Part shown: positions 49,978 through 59,531 of the stretch, in pieces
How positions within the stretch are numbered: the stretch's first letter is position 1
Layout: each line of letters starts with the position of its first letter
IMG/VR virus record: IMGVR_UViG_3300044797_000034
Location: 247-64,246 of that record
Direction: 5' to 3' (one strand)
Length of the DNA stretch: 64,000 nt
Origin: a virus
Lineage: Duplodnaviria; Caudoviricetes
Notes under the pieces: generated by a model
What the model saw: only the letters and a program-made list of their open reading frames with translations
Databases searched by the model: none
Told to the model about the DNA's origin: nothing
Made by a program: the position numbers and the translations under genes

Positions 49978-50078
49978 TGAGCGATAAAGAGTTACTGCAA
50001 AAGTATGCAGAGTTACGTAAGATTGTTTTTGAGACGCTAGCTAAACCGATACTGGAAACACTAAGAAGTACTAAGTAA
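49977..50078 (+). CDS. 33-aa ORF absent from the ORF track
   Basis: MSDKELLQKYAELRKIVFETLAKPILETLRSTK; TAATG-coupled on both sides. Confidence 0.6.
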   Translation: MSDKELLQKYAELRKIVFETLAKPILETLRSTK

Positions 50079-50302
50079 TGAAAAAGGCTCCTCGATCAAC
50101 ACTGGAAAGCGCGATAGGTCAGATGATGACCGACGGCGCTCCATTAGCGAAAGTTGCGGCCCCTATTCGCCAATCTAACCAGCTTACAAATGACTTGCGT
50201 AAGTTAGCGTCAGAGTTAAATGGCGATTGCCTTGGTGGCGAGCTGTACATCACATACGACATGCTAAACCTGGTTAAGGACACTATTTATGGCAGTCGAT
50301 AA
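50078..50302 (+). CDS. small head-module protein
   Basis: KVAA and LRKLAS motifs. Confidence 0.55.
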   Translation: MKKAPRSTLESAIGQMMTDGAPLAKVAAPIRQSNQLTNDLRKLASELNGDCLGGELYITYDMLNLVKDTIYGSR

Positions 50303-50474
50303 TACATCTACGGAGCTTCGCAAGTTGGCTGCCATACTTCGTGAAGAAGATTCGAAGTTAGATAAACAGACTGCGCATTCAACGCTTGTCAAAGTTGGTC
50401 ACATACTTTGTGCAGGTAAGGGTCTCTCTATATTGGGACAAAAAGTACGAGGTTGGTATGAGCCTTCTATCTAA
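50289..50474 (+). CDS. small head-module protein
   Basis: ELRKLAA, similar to DLRKLAS in the previous ORF. Confidence 0.5.
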   Translation: MAVDNTSTELRKLAAILREEDSKLDKQTAHSTLVKVGHILCAGKGLSILGQKVRGWYEPSI

Positions 50475-50835
50475 AGTAGCTACTGTATTAGAGGCAACGG
50501 CAGACCATCTGGATGAACAGATGAAACTTGCTCTTGTTGTAGCATCAACACCGGTACCTGTACAAGAAAAAGTGGCCGCGAAAAGTGGTGATGCGCATAT
50601 AGCAGAACTATTTCAAGCGGTAACAGGTAACGCTCCTGATGAGGAATTGCTTTCCAAGCTCTCGTCAGATGAAAAACTTCGTGATGCGTTTCTGAAGGTT
50701 GCAGAACACGCTGCTGGGGCCGAATCTCTCGGTGGTCCTGGTGATAGAACTGATCAACCGGCGGAGCCGAAGACGGCTGAGGAACGTATCAAAGCATCAG
50801 AAGATCGATTTGGTGATTGGATTTTGAACGGTTAA
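50458..50835 (+). CDS. putative scaffolding protein
   Basis: GAGG RBS before the ATG at 50458; four K-x-A sites; C-terminal helix RFGDWIL. Confidence 0.6.
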   Translation: MSLLSKVATVLEATADHLDEQMKLALVVASTPVPVQEKVAAKSGDAHIAELFQAVTGNAPDEELLSKLSSDEKLRDAFLKVAEHAAGAESLGGPGDRTDQPAEPKTAEERIKASEDRFGDWILNG

Positions 50836-50902
50836 TTCACTTTTAGTACCGATTTACTTTCGGTATCACTAGTATTTCACACAGGCACTCGGAGAAAACA
50901 CA

Positions 50903-51424
50903 ATGACTATTCTTAGTAGCAACTTTAACATCGTAAACAAGGACGGCCCCGGATTCGCGCTGGGCGGAATTTGGGACTCACTTGAGCCTGCGGAAGTCGC
51001 GACGGCTATCGCGGCTGGTTCGGGTGCGGGCGTACCTGATTCAACTGGTACGATTACCCTTGGCGCCATTCAAGCAGGTCATATCTGCTCGATGGATACC
51101 AACGGTCACCTTGTGCTTGGATCGAGCCCGACGCTGTCGGCTTCGCTCTCACAAATGTTCTTCGTGGTGTTCGAAGGGGACAATGACTTTTCGGGTGCTG
51201 CTGCTGGACAGGTCTCGTGTGTACACGGCGGTGTGCGTATTGAAACTACACTGTTCTCGACAGGCCAGGTTTGGACACCCGGAGCGCCGGTCATCTGCGT
51301 AAGCGGATTGATTCAGCCTGAGGCGACGGCTAACGACCAAGTACAAGTAATTGGCTGGGTAGGCCCGAACGGCTTGAACTCAAGCGGTATTCTGGACGTA
51401 TATCTTTGTCAGGGACGCGGCTAA
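50903..51424 (+). CDS. putative capsid decoration/cement protein
   Basis: 173 aa, Gly-rich beta composition; immediately upstream of the capsid gene; GGAG RBS. Confidence 0.6.
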   Translation: MTILSSNFNIVNKDGPGFALGGIWDSLEPAEVATAIAAGSGAGVPDSTGTITLGAIQAGHICSMDTNGHLVLGSSPTLSASLSQMFFVVFEGDNDFSGAAAGQVSCVHGGVRIETTLFSTGQVWTPGAPVICVSGLIQPEATANDQVQVIGWVGPNGLNSSGILDVYLCQGRG

Positions 51425-51473
51425 TAGTTTCGCAGTAGAAGTTGTTAACTAGAAGGACTTTTGGAGTAAACAG

Positions 51474-52394
51474 ATGAGTTACAAAACAGAAACCACGAAT
51501 GTAAGCGCTCAGTATCTGAATGCAGCGTTTGTCCGTAAAATTGCGGATGAAGGAAAGATCAAAGAAGCTGCGGTAGAAGGTACTGCCTTCGTTCGCGAGA
51601 AGGTCCGTCAGGAATCCTTCGCTCGTGAAATCATTGTTCCTGTGGGGTTACAGGATGATGAGATTGATCGTGACGTGAGTACTGATCAGCCAAAAAAGAT
51701 AGTGGAAAAAGAACCGGCATCGTTTGCTACCTACGTACCTTTTACAGGCCAGGGTCCTCGCGTATGGTTCCGTGGGCCACGCTATCAGATTTACTTCTAT
51801 AAGGTTGAAAGCCAGCGCTTTACGAAGTCGAAGTTCGAGCTTATGACATATCAGAACGATATTCGTAAGATTCTCTCGGATAACAGCGTTAAAGATATGG
51901 CGGACGTAGAGGATATACGATTCCTCACGACCATTAGCGAAATCATAGCACTGAACCCTGCGCAGGTAACTCCTGCTCCTGCGTTCAACTCAGTTGCTTG
52001 GTCAAAGGCACAGCAATCAATGGCGAATCGTCGTCGTCCGGTTGGCAAGTTCCTTATGACTAAGGAACTTTACTACGATGCGATTAACCTTCCGGCTACT
52101 GCGGTTGGTAATGAGATTGCGGAAGGCCACTACCGTGAGGGCATTGAGAAAGAGGAACGTCTCTTTGGTATGCCTGTAGTGACTACTGTGAAGTCAGATG
52201 TATTTCAGACAGTACTTGGCAGTTCACGTACAGCATTCGTGTTCTCACCTGAGAACTTCCTTGGTAACTTCTTCCTGCTTCAGGACGCAACGCTATTCAT
52301 AAAGCAGGAAGCAGATATTATAACCTTCTATACTTACGAGTCAATTGGTCTTGGTATAGGTAATCGTCTCAGCTTCCAGCAAATCAACTTCTAA
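51474..52394 (+). CDS. major capsid protein
   Basis: 306 aa; GGAG RBS; follows protease, scaffold and decoration genes and precedes a terminator; FVREKVRQESFAREII and LFGMPVVTT. Confidence 0.75.
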   Translation: MSYKTETTNVSAQYLNAAFVRKIADEGKIKEAAVEGTAFVREKVRQESFAREIIVPVGLQDDEIDRDVSTDQPKKIVEKEPASFATYVPFTGQGPRVWFRGPRYQIYFYKVESQRFTKSKFELMTYQNDIRKILSDNSVKDMADVEDIRFLTTISEIIALNPAQVTPAPAFNSVAWSKAQQSMANRRRPVGKFLMTKELYYDAINLPATAVGNEIAEGHYREGIEKEERLFGMPVVTTVKSDVFQTVLGSSRTAFVFSPENFLGNFFLLQDATLFIKQEADIITFYTYESIGLGIGNRLSFQQINF

Positions 52395-52424
52395 GAAGAG
52401 ACATCCGAACATCATCTTTCGGAG

Positions 52425-52453
52425 TTGACAAGAAGAAACCCATGTTGTACACT
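52425..52453 (+). promoter_or_regulatory. sigma70-type promoter
   Basis: TTGACA-17 nt-TACACT. Confidence 0.7.
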
Positions 52454-52469
52454 ACAACATGGGTTTTTT
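52436..52469 (+). terminator. intrinsic terminator after the capsid gene
   Basis: AAACCCATGTTGTA-CAC-TACAACATGGGTTT followed by a T run. Confidence 0.8.
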
Positions 52470-52487
52470 CATTGGTGTTGGTTTACA

Positions 52488-54101
52488 GTGATTCCTACAA
52501 AAGAACAAATTATCTCTGCTATAGATGAAGTAGAAACCCTTAAACAATTTGGCTACCATCCTTCTTCACTGAAGCAGTGTTCCGAAAAATCAGTTATATT
52601 AAGGTGTCCTACTTGTTCAAAGCTATTTGAACGTATGTATAAAACTGTCAAGGCAAGTGTCTATTGTTTTAGCTGCTCTAGACACACAAAACCTATTTCA
52701 GATAGTGTACTCTCTGCTGTTAATACCCCAGAGACATTGAGTGCCTTTGGTTATTCGCCAAATACCTTACTAAGGACTTCACATAGTTTTGTAGTGGTTA
52801 ACTGTAGTTTTTGTGGTAATTTATTTAGACGTAGATTTTATCAGTTGATGGCTAGTACTTATTGTAAGAAGTGTGGCCAGCCTGGCAATCGGGTGTTAGT
52901 TTCGGAAGACATAACAACTGCAATCAATATCATTGCCACTATTGACAGACTCAACTATCATCCAAATACGCTGTCTCCTAATTCCATAAAACACGTAGTT
53001 ATCAACTGTATTGATTGTGGAGAGCTTGTGACTAGACAGCGTAATCTATTAATAACTACATTACGCTGTAAATCTTGTGGCCATAAAAACTGTGATACAG
53101 TGGCTATAAATACCAAACGGCTAAAGACCATAAAAGAAAGACACGGAGGAATGAATAATCCTGTAATTTTAGCTAAAAAAGCAGAGACTTTGTATAAACA
53201 TTACGGTGAAGGAGGGCCTCCTCAAAACCACAAATATAGCGCTACAGCCAACAAAATAGGTGAGATGATTGAGTCCTGGGGACTTGAAGTAATATATGAA
53301 AAAGCCTTAAAAACAGGCCAGTACCTTGACATAACAGTTCCATCTAAAAACTTCTCTCTTGAATATTGTGGTTTATATTGGCACAATGAAATGAGTAAAT
53401 CTCCAAGATTACGTAACTATCACATCAGTAAAATGAAGGCTGCTAATGCAGAGGGCCTCCGGCTAATGACTCTCTTCGAAGATGAATGGAAGGACAATCC
53501 TGACGGAGTAATCAATTTACTAAAGTCCATATTGCTTCCTCCTGAGACACGGCTATTTGCTCGTAAGTGTGAAGTTCGTATGTTAGACAAGAAGATTGCC
53601 AAGGCATTCTTAAATAAAAATCACTATCAAGGCTCTGCTAACAGCATATACATGGCTGCTGGGCTATTTCAGGGAGAAGAGTTATTAGGTGTGATGAGCA
53701 TGGCAAAACATCACAGGCAAAACCATGAGCATTGTTTGATTCTTTCTCGTATGGCTTTTAAAATGGGGGTTCAAATAGTCGGTGGTGCTGGTAGATTACT
53801 CAAATTTTTGCTGGCTCAACCTGAAGCAGCTACTTTCACAGAGCTGATATCCTGGTCAGACAATCGTTATAGTGAAGGGCATGTCTACGAAGCTATAGGA
53901 ATGACGTTAACTAAAGAACTAGGCCCAGACTATTCATACGTAATGGGCGGTAAGGATCGCCGGGAAAGCAAACAGGCACATCGTAAGGTATGCACTGGCT
54001 GCCCTAAGGAGATAACGGAACGAGACTGGGAGTTACAGCATGGTAACCCTCGTATATGGGATTGTGGAAAGAAAGTCTGGACTATGCCGTTACTACGTTA
54101 A
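52488..54101 (+). CDS. Hef-like putative homing endonuclease with three N-terminal Zn-ribbon repeats
   Basis: Three repeats of T(L/I)...Y.P..L...S...V...CxxC; LDI...EYCGLYWH; FEDEW; ARKC...FLxxNHYQG...IWDCG; GTG start inferred. Confidence 0.7.
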   Translation: MIPTKEQIISAIDEVETLKQFGYHPSSLKQCSEKSVILRCPTCSKLFERMYKTVKASVYCFSCSRHTKPISDSVLSAVNTPETLSAFGYSPNTLLRTSHSFVVVNCSFCGNLFRRRFYQLMASTYCKKCGQPGNRVLVSEDITTAINIIATIDRLNYHPNTLSPNSIKHVVINCIDCGELVTRQRNLLITTLRCKSCGHKNCDTVAINTKRLKTIKERHGGMNNPVILAKKAETLYKHYGEGGPPQNHKYSATANKIGEMIESWGLEVIYEKALKTGQYLDITVPSKNFSLEYCGLYWHNEMSKSPRLRNYHISKMKAANAEGLRLMTLFEDEWKDNPDGVINLLKSILLPPETRLFARKCEVRMLDKKIAKAFLNKNHYQGSANSIYMAAGLFQGEELLGVMSMAKHHRQNHEHCLILSRMAFKMGVQIVGGAGRLLKFLLAQPEAATFTELISWSDNRYSEGHVYEAIGMTLTKELGPDYSYVMGGKDRRESKQAHRKVCTGCPKEITERDWELQHGNPRIWDCGKKVWTMPLLR

Positions 54102-54110
54102 ACTTACAGC

Positions 54111-54440
54111 ATGAGTCTCACGTATCTTCAAAAGATAGCAGCGGCTGGCGCCTTCGCAGCATCTAATCAATTTCTAGGTACTGGCAGTATGGGTACACCT
54201 GGGGCTGGTGCTGCTGGCGCTAAACTGCCTCAACTGAACAGCAAGATAACCACTCCTGGTCTAGGTGGAGCAGGTAGTGGAATGGGCACTGGCGGGCCTA
54301 TTAGCGCCCCTGCCTTAGCCGGTGGGACAGGTGCCACATTACAACAAGAAACCATTACACATGGTGACTCACAGAACAAAATTAATACTGCTCCTATAAC
54401 ACCGGGAATGATTCACCCTACACATCCAAAGTTCTCATAA
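54111..54440 (+). CDS. Gly-rich small protein
   Basis: LQKIA at the N-terminus; TAAACTT 5 nt upstream of the ATG. Confidence 0.55.
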   Translation: MSLTYLQKIAAAGAFAASNQFLGTGSMGTPGAGAAGAKLPQLNSKITTPGLGGAGSGMGTGGPISAPALAGGTGATLQQETITHGDSQNKINTAPITPGMIHPTHPKFS

Positions 54441-55000
54441 TGCCCAATTATCCTGTTGATACCCAAAACGCTGCTACAAATAACTACGGTACCGATCGAG
54501 AAATTGACGAACTGTGGCCAGGGTTGAGCCATTGGTATCTATCACAATCAACTGGTGATGGTTATCCGGGCCGTCGAAATTCTAGAGCTAGACCTGCTGG
54601 TGATGAGGCAGCCAGTTACATGAGGGATCATGACTTCTTTCAGGATTACAATGGCTGGGAACCTACCAATGCATTGGACGCTAACGATAAGCTGTATAAC
54701 ACAAGTGATCAGCAACCCGTTAACCAAATGGAGATAACAGGATCACTACAAGACTATTCCGGTCTTTTTGATACGGATCATATTGACCCCCGTATGCCTG
54801 AATCACAACAAAACCTTTTGAACCAACCATTTCGTACAGGCATGGGAGTAGAACAAGACCAAGCCATATCAAAAATGTTCAGTGATTTAAAAGCTATGGG
54901 TGGTGATAATCAAACAATGAATACTCAGGGTGAAGGTACTATAGGGGACAGTTTTGGTAAATCGGGAGCGCTTGCAGCAAGGCGTCTATATGGCATATGA
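54440..55000 (+). CDS. acidic hypothetical protein
   Basis: 186 aa; TAATG-coupled. Confidence 0.55.
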   Translation: MPNYPVDTQNAATNNYGTDREIDELWPGLSHWYLSQSTGDGYPGRRNSRARPAGDEAASYMRDHDFFQDYNGWEPTNALDANDKLYNTSDQQPVNQMEITGSLQDYSGLFDTDHIDPRMPESQQNLLNQPFRTGMGVEQDQAISKMFSDLKAMGGDNQTMNTQGEGTIGDSFGKSGALAARRLYGI

Positions 55001-55830
55001 ATTTCAAAGTAGAATTTACAAAAACAACGCCTTTAATCCCACAATCAAATTTTGTGCAGTGGACGCTATCACATGCTACTACGTCAGGGGATTATTGGTT
55101 TAAGCTGTACCGTGCTGGTTCACTAGATGGTCCGTGGGAATGTGTTGCCGAAAATCTACAAAACGTATACTGCTATGTCGATAGCTTTCCGCAGCCATCA
55201 AATACAGATCCTACGGTGTATCTACGCCCTAATTATCTGTCTGTAACTAGAAACTTCTTTTACAAGGTGGTCGCTACTGGTCCAGACGGTACAACAGTAG
55301 AAGATATCACCGAAGTAAGTGCTACCTTAGCCCCAAAACAAAAACAAATACTACGTAAATTAATACACGATGAGTACCGGGCGTTAAGCAAATTCACAGG
55401 CGTACCTGTAGCTGTTTTAAAGCGTCGTCAATGGGGTAAACGGTGCCAACGCTGCACAGATAAAATCACTAAAGAGATTACTAGAGCTCACTGTACTGAC
55501 TGTTGGGGCACTGGTTTTATCGGTGGGTATTGGGATCCTCTATTAACTTACGCTCGACGTGCTCCGTTACAAACAACGATACAAATCGCACAGGAAAATA
55601 AGGTAGAATCCACTACTGCTAAATTCACTATGTTAAACATACCTCGCTTGGAGCAAAGCGATGTGGTAGTATTCTTGTCTGACAATCGACGTTTTTTAGT
55701 TGATCAACAGTCTGAAACAGGTCTACGTACTGTAGCAGTACATCAAACTGTATTTGCCTTAGAGATACCACGTTCCAATATATTGTTTCGTTTCCCTGTT
55801 GATATAATAACCATACCGCCGTTGATATAA
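54997..55830 (+). CDS. putative neck or head-tail protein
   Basis: FN3-like N-terminus; CQRC...CTDCWGTGFIGGY; located between capsid and tail genes. Confidence 0.6.
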   Translation: MNFKVEFTKTTPLIPQSNFVQWTLSHATTSGDYWFKLYRAGSLDGPWECVAENLQNVYCYVDSFPQPSNTDPTVYLRPNYLSVTRNFFYKVVATGPDGTTVEDITEVSATLAPKQKQILRKLIHDEYRALSKFTGVPVAVLKRRQWGKRCQRCTDKITKEITRAHCTDCWGTGFIGGYWDPLLTYARRAPLQTTIQIAQENKVESTTAKFTMLNIPRLEQSDVVVFLSDNRRFLVDQQSETGLRTVAVHQTVFALEIPRSNILFRFPVDIITIPPLI

Positions 55831-56591
55831 TGACTACGCCGCCAACAAATCTAGATCCAGGTCCTCTCTCTGAGGGTCGATTAGCTAAAGTTAAGGGCCA
55901 AAACCCCGATATTTTTTACGGTAGTTCTTTAGCTATACAGGGAGTATTTGTTGAGGTTATGCGCGCACGGTTTAGAGGTATAAATACCAATACTGACATA
56001 CCGTACTACTGGGACGCCGATCCTACGCCATTGCCTACTGAGAATAACGAGGCGGGCAACCCTAGAAAACTCTATATAGAGAGTGAATATTTAGAGTTCC
56101 CCGACGCTAAGAATTATCGACCTGCTATTCTTGTGGATGCCGCGGAGTGTGTACCCATTAAGGATGTGGTAACGAATAGAGCTGGTGTCTATCGTCCACA
56201 GGGCATAGAAGGTTTCTACTCACGATGTCAAACATCTATGGAAGTTCTTGTAATTGATGATACCCGCGGTGCCTGCTCTGTTTTAGGTGATATTGCCTGG
56301 TTCCACTTATTAGCTTGTCGCATGCTTATACGTCAGGAATTTCGTATCCATGAGATGACAGAGCCAGTTAAAGGCCGTGTAATACCGTTTCGAAGGGATC
56401 AGGACATATGGGAATGCCCGATAACATTCAATGTTCAGGTAGAGATGCGGTGGCTCACCAAGGAAATCGCTCCACTTTTACGGTCTGTTAGGGCTAATTT
56501 GACTGCTAAGGGTAATGGCGATGTGTCTATAGGTGCCATACAAGTAGCCTTGTATAACGAGAATACGCCTCGTATAAAGGTGAAGGGCTAA
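55830..56591 (+). CDS. putative tail completion or terminator protein
   Basis: 253 aa directly upstream of the sheath gene; RPAILV motif. Confidence 0.55.
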   Translation: MTTPPTNLDPGPLSEGRLAKVKGQNPDIFYGSSLAIQGVFVEVMRARFRGINTNTDIPYYWDADPTPLPTENNEAGNPRKLYIESEYLEFPDAKNYRPAILVDAAECVPIKDVVTNRAGVYRPQGIEGFYSRCQTSMEVLVIDDTRGACSVLGDIAWFHLLACRMLIRQEFRIHEMTEPVKGRVIPFRRDQDIWECPITFNVQVEMRWLTKEIAPLLRSVRANLTAKGNGDVSIGAIQVALYNENTPRIKVKG

Positions 56592-56671
56592 ATAGTTTTC
56601 ATTGTAGGATCTCGCCATCTTACTATCCTTATGGTCAAGGCCCCTTCTTTGGCCTCCTTGGAGTTAAGAAA

Positions 56672-59530
56672 ATGGCACGTCCTATTGTAATCGTTTATCA
56701 GGAAGTGACTAACACTAGCGTTACGCCGATCACACCTGATCTGCAGACGATAATTGTTGGTCCGGCTTACGTTATTAACGATTACCCTGACGACGCTGCG
56801 AACATACTTCTGCCTACAGGATATGGTACAGCGGGAGGCGCGGCACAAACAGCTGGAAGTGCGACGGTATATCAACCTCCGGTACAGAACGTTATTCAGC
56901 AAACAGTAAATGCCTTTCCGAATAACGCACCTGGTGCTATTGTAGATCAATCAAGTGTGGCGCTATGGCTACAAACGCCGAGCGTAATCCTTGGTTCGAC
57001 CACCGCCAACTCAGGCATCGGTGGAACTATCTATGCCCCTAGCCTAGGGACATCAGTAACGACAGTTAACTCGTCTAGCAGCCTGAACCTGATTCAATTT
57101 ACCGGTGGTATTTCACTTGCCGCTACGTTTGGAGTGCAAGCAGGAGACCTGATCTACCTTACGGACTCGGCTGGTAATACACTCAAGCGCACAGTTCTTT
57201 CTGTTGGCGAAGGCGGGTCTGCGCTGTACGATCTTCGCGTTACGCAAAATCTTCCTTCTTCGGGTTGGGTATTTGACGCCAACGGTTCAGCGCGTATTGA
57301 ACGCGTACTAGCAACACAACTGGCGCCTAACCCCAATGGCACGATCCTTCAATTCCCGAATCCTGCAGCGAATCCCATGAACATCATGGGCTTTATTCAG
57401 GTATCTGTATCGATTGCAGGTACACCTACGCTACTTACGGTTTCATATGCCGGCCTGTACTTAGTTTACACTGCACTTCGACAAGATCTTCAGACAATTA
57501 ATAGCTGTAACTTTACACAAATAACGACACTAGTAGGAAAAATTGATGCGCGCAATCCTCTAGCAGTTGGGCTCTCGGTAGCGTTGCAAAACTCAGGTAG
57601 CGCACCGATGCTATTTTACGGTGTAGCATCTGATGACCTCGCAGGTTACGCACTTTTCCGCGATGCCGTAAATGCTCGTAAGGATCTTTATGCTGTTGTA
57701 CCGTTGATTGCGGACACGAGTACCCTGCTTGGTTTTAGCATCGATAACACGAACCTAGCTGATCCTACACAAGCAGCTGCTACCGGTGTGGTACAGAAAT
57801 TTCGTATGGTTCTCGGTTCAGGTACGTTACCTACAGATCAAATTACGGCTGCGGGATCTACCGATGGTGTTCCCCATCAATCAGGAGCTAGTTCTGGTAA
57901 GTATCAGACCATAAATATACTTGAGCCTGGTGGAAGTGATATCTCAACGTCTCTACCTGGTGACTTAGTAACAATCGGATTGGTTCCAACGACAGGTCCT
58001 GACATAGGTACATGGACCACACGTCGTGGCGTACATCAGATTTCGCACGTCAATACTACGACGCAGTTTGAGATTCTTCCTAGTAACCCTGCTTCGTGGA
58101 ATAACACTGCTGGTGATACGACTGGTATTGGTGGCGGTGAACCTGGCGCTGAAATCATGATCACCGACCCAACGGGATACACGGTGAAGTTCAAAAAAAT
58201 AGCAACCCTATCTATCACGTATGGCTCATCAACTCTACTGATATCACATCGGGTACCGGTCACATCGGGCGGCCCGTATCAAGTAGCATTCGTGGGCGGG
58301 GCCGGTACGCTTAACGTAACTCTTTCAGGTTTCAATATTACTGTTAACTTTGTAACAGCTTCATCCACGGTCAGCCAGGTTATAGCCGCGCTACAGGCAA
58401 ATGCTGCTATTAACGCAGTTATAACTACCACCTTAACTGGTCCGGGTACTGACCACGTAACAGCATCAAGTCTTACGCCTCTAGCAATTGATGATCTTAC
58501 CGGTTGCGGAGTCTCAGTAGTCATTAATGACAACTACTACGATATCTTGGAAGATGATACTGCGACCTTCCTTACGGATGGTGTACTTCCGGGTGATATA
58601 GTTCAAATCCCTGCTAACCCGAATAACTACTCTAACTCAGCTTTTACTGGACTGATTACGTCGTATGTTGTTACGAATGTTATTAGTGAAAACCGTGTAG
58701 AACTAACTCCTGCTACGGATGATCTTCCCTCAGTTGCTACTGAATTCCCACACGGTTACAGTCGCTCTGGGTCAGGACTTGTAGACGTTACTACGCCTAC
58801 AGCTATTCGCTATCAGATAGTTCGAGTACTTAATGCGACAGCTCAAGTGACAGCTCTTCAAGAATATGCACAAAGCTTTATGAATGCGCGTGCTACGCTT
58901 GTGTGGCCGGATCTTTGTCTAGTCTCAGGGCTAGTCGATGGTAGTCTGCCGCGTACATCACCTGCAGTTCCTGCGGTAGCTGGTAACCAACCTGGTTACT
59001 ACGCCGCTTGCGCTGTAGGCGGAGCGATGGCTGGTCTACCCGCGCAGCAAGGTCTTACAAACATCGCGTTTGCAGGCCTGACGTCAGTTACCCACTCTAC
59101 GGACTACTTCACGGATCCGCAAATCTCGCAGATCTCAGACGGTGGTTGGTTTGTGCTTCAGCAAGACAATCCGATCGCAGCTCCGTATTGTGTACATCAG
59201 CTTACGACTAACCCGTCTGCGGTTGAGACTGGTGAAATATCAGTTGTTAAGGACATTGACTTCGTGTCTCTGTACTTAGTCAACGTACTCGACCCGTTCA
59301 TCGGACAGTACAACGTAACGGAAGATACCCTTACAGAAATAAATCAGGCTCTTGTTCAAGCGATGGAACAATTGGTAATTCGTAAGGTCGCTCGTATCGG
59401 GGCACCGCTTATTTCAGGAAGTGTTACTTCTCTAGCTGTGTCTCCGGTGAGTTCAGATCAGGTAGATATTTACCTAGATCTAGATGTTCCGCGGCCCCTT
59501 AACCGCATCGGCCTGCACCTGGTGGTGTAG
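56672..59530 (+). CDS. tail sheath protein
   Basis: MARPIVIVYQE start; C-terminal HQLTT...EISVVKDIDFV...FIGQYN...PLNRIGLHLVV; beta-rich insertions. Confidence 0.85.
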   Translation: MARPIVIVYQEVTNTSVTPITPDLQTIIVGPAYVINDYPDDAANILLPTGYGTAGGAAQTAGSATVYQPPVQNVIQQTVNAFPNNAPGAIVDQSSVALWLQTPSVILGSTTANSGIGGTIYAPSLGTSVTTVNSSSSLNLIQFTGGISLAATFGVQAGDLIYLTDSAGNTLKRTVLSVGEGGSALYDLRVTQNLPSSGWVFDANGSARIERVLATQLAPNPNGTILQFPNPAANPMNIMGFIQVSVSIAGTPTLLTVSYAGLYLVYTALRQDLQTINSCNFTQITTLVGKIDARNPLAVGLSVALQNSGSAPMLFYGVASDDLAGYALFRDAVNARKDLYAVVPLIADTSTLLGFSIDNTNLADPTQAAATGVVQKFRMVLGSGTLPTDQITAAGSTDGVPHQSGASSGKYQTINILEPGGSDISTSLPGDLVTIGLVPTTGPDIGTWTTRRGVHQISHVNTTTQFEILPSNPASWNNTAGDTTGIGGGEPGAEIMITDPTGYTVKFKKIATLSITYGSSTLLISHRVPVTSGGPYQVAFVGGAGTLNVTLSGFNITVNFVTASSTVSQVIAALQANAAINAVITTTLTGPGTDHVTASSLTPLAIDDLTGCGVSVVINDNYYDILEDDTATFLTDGVLPGDIVQIPANPNNYSNSAFTGLITSYVVTNVISENRVELTPATDDLPSVATEFPHGYSRSGSGLVDVTTPTAIRYQIVRVLNATAQVTALQEYAQSFMNARATLVWPDLCLVSGLVDGSLPRTSPAVPAVAGNQPGYYAACAVGGAMAGLPAQQGLTNIAFAGLTSVTHSTDYFTDPQISQISDGGWFVLQQDNPIAAPYCVHQLTTNPSAVETGEISVVKDIDFVSLYLVNVLDPFIGQYNVTEDTLTEINQALVQAMEQLVIRKVARIGAPLISGSVTSLAVSPVSSDQVDIYLDLDVPRPLNRIGLHLVV

Positions 59531-59531
59531 T

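Noticed and set aside
50844-52423. Small CCGA...TCGG hairpins flanking the decoration and capsid genes
   Set aside because: Only 6-7-bp stems with dissimilar loops; insufficient evidence for a shared element.
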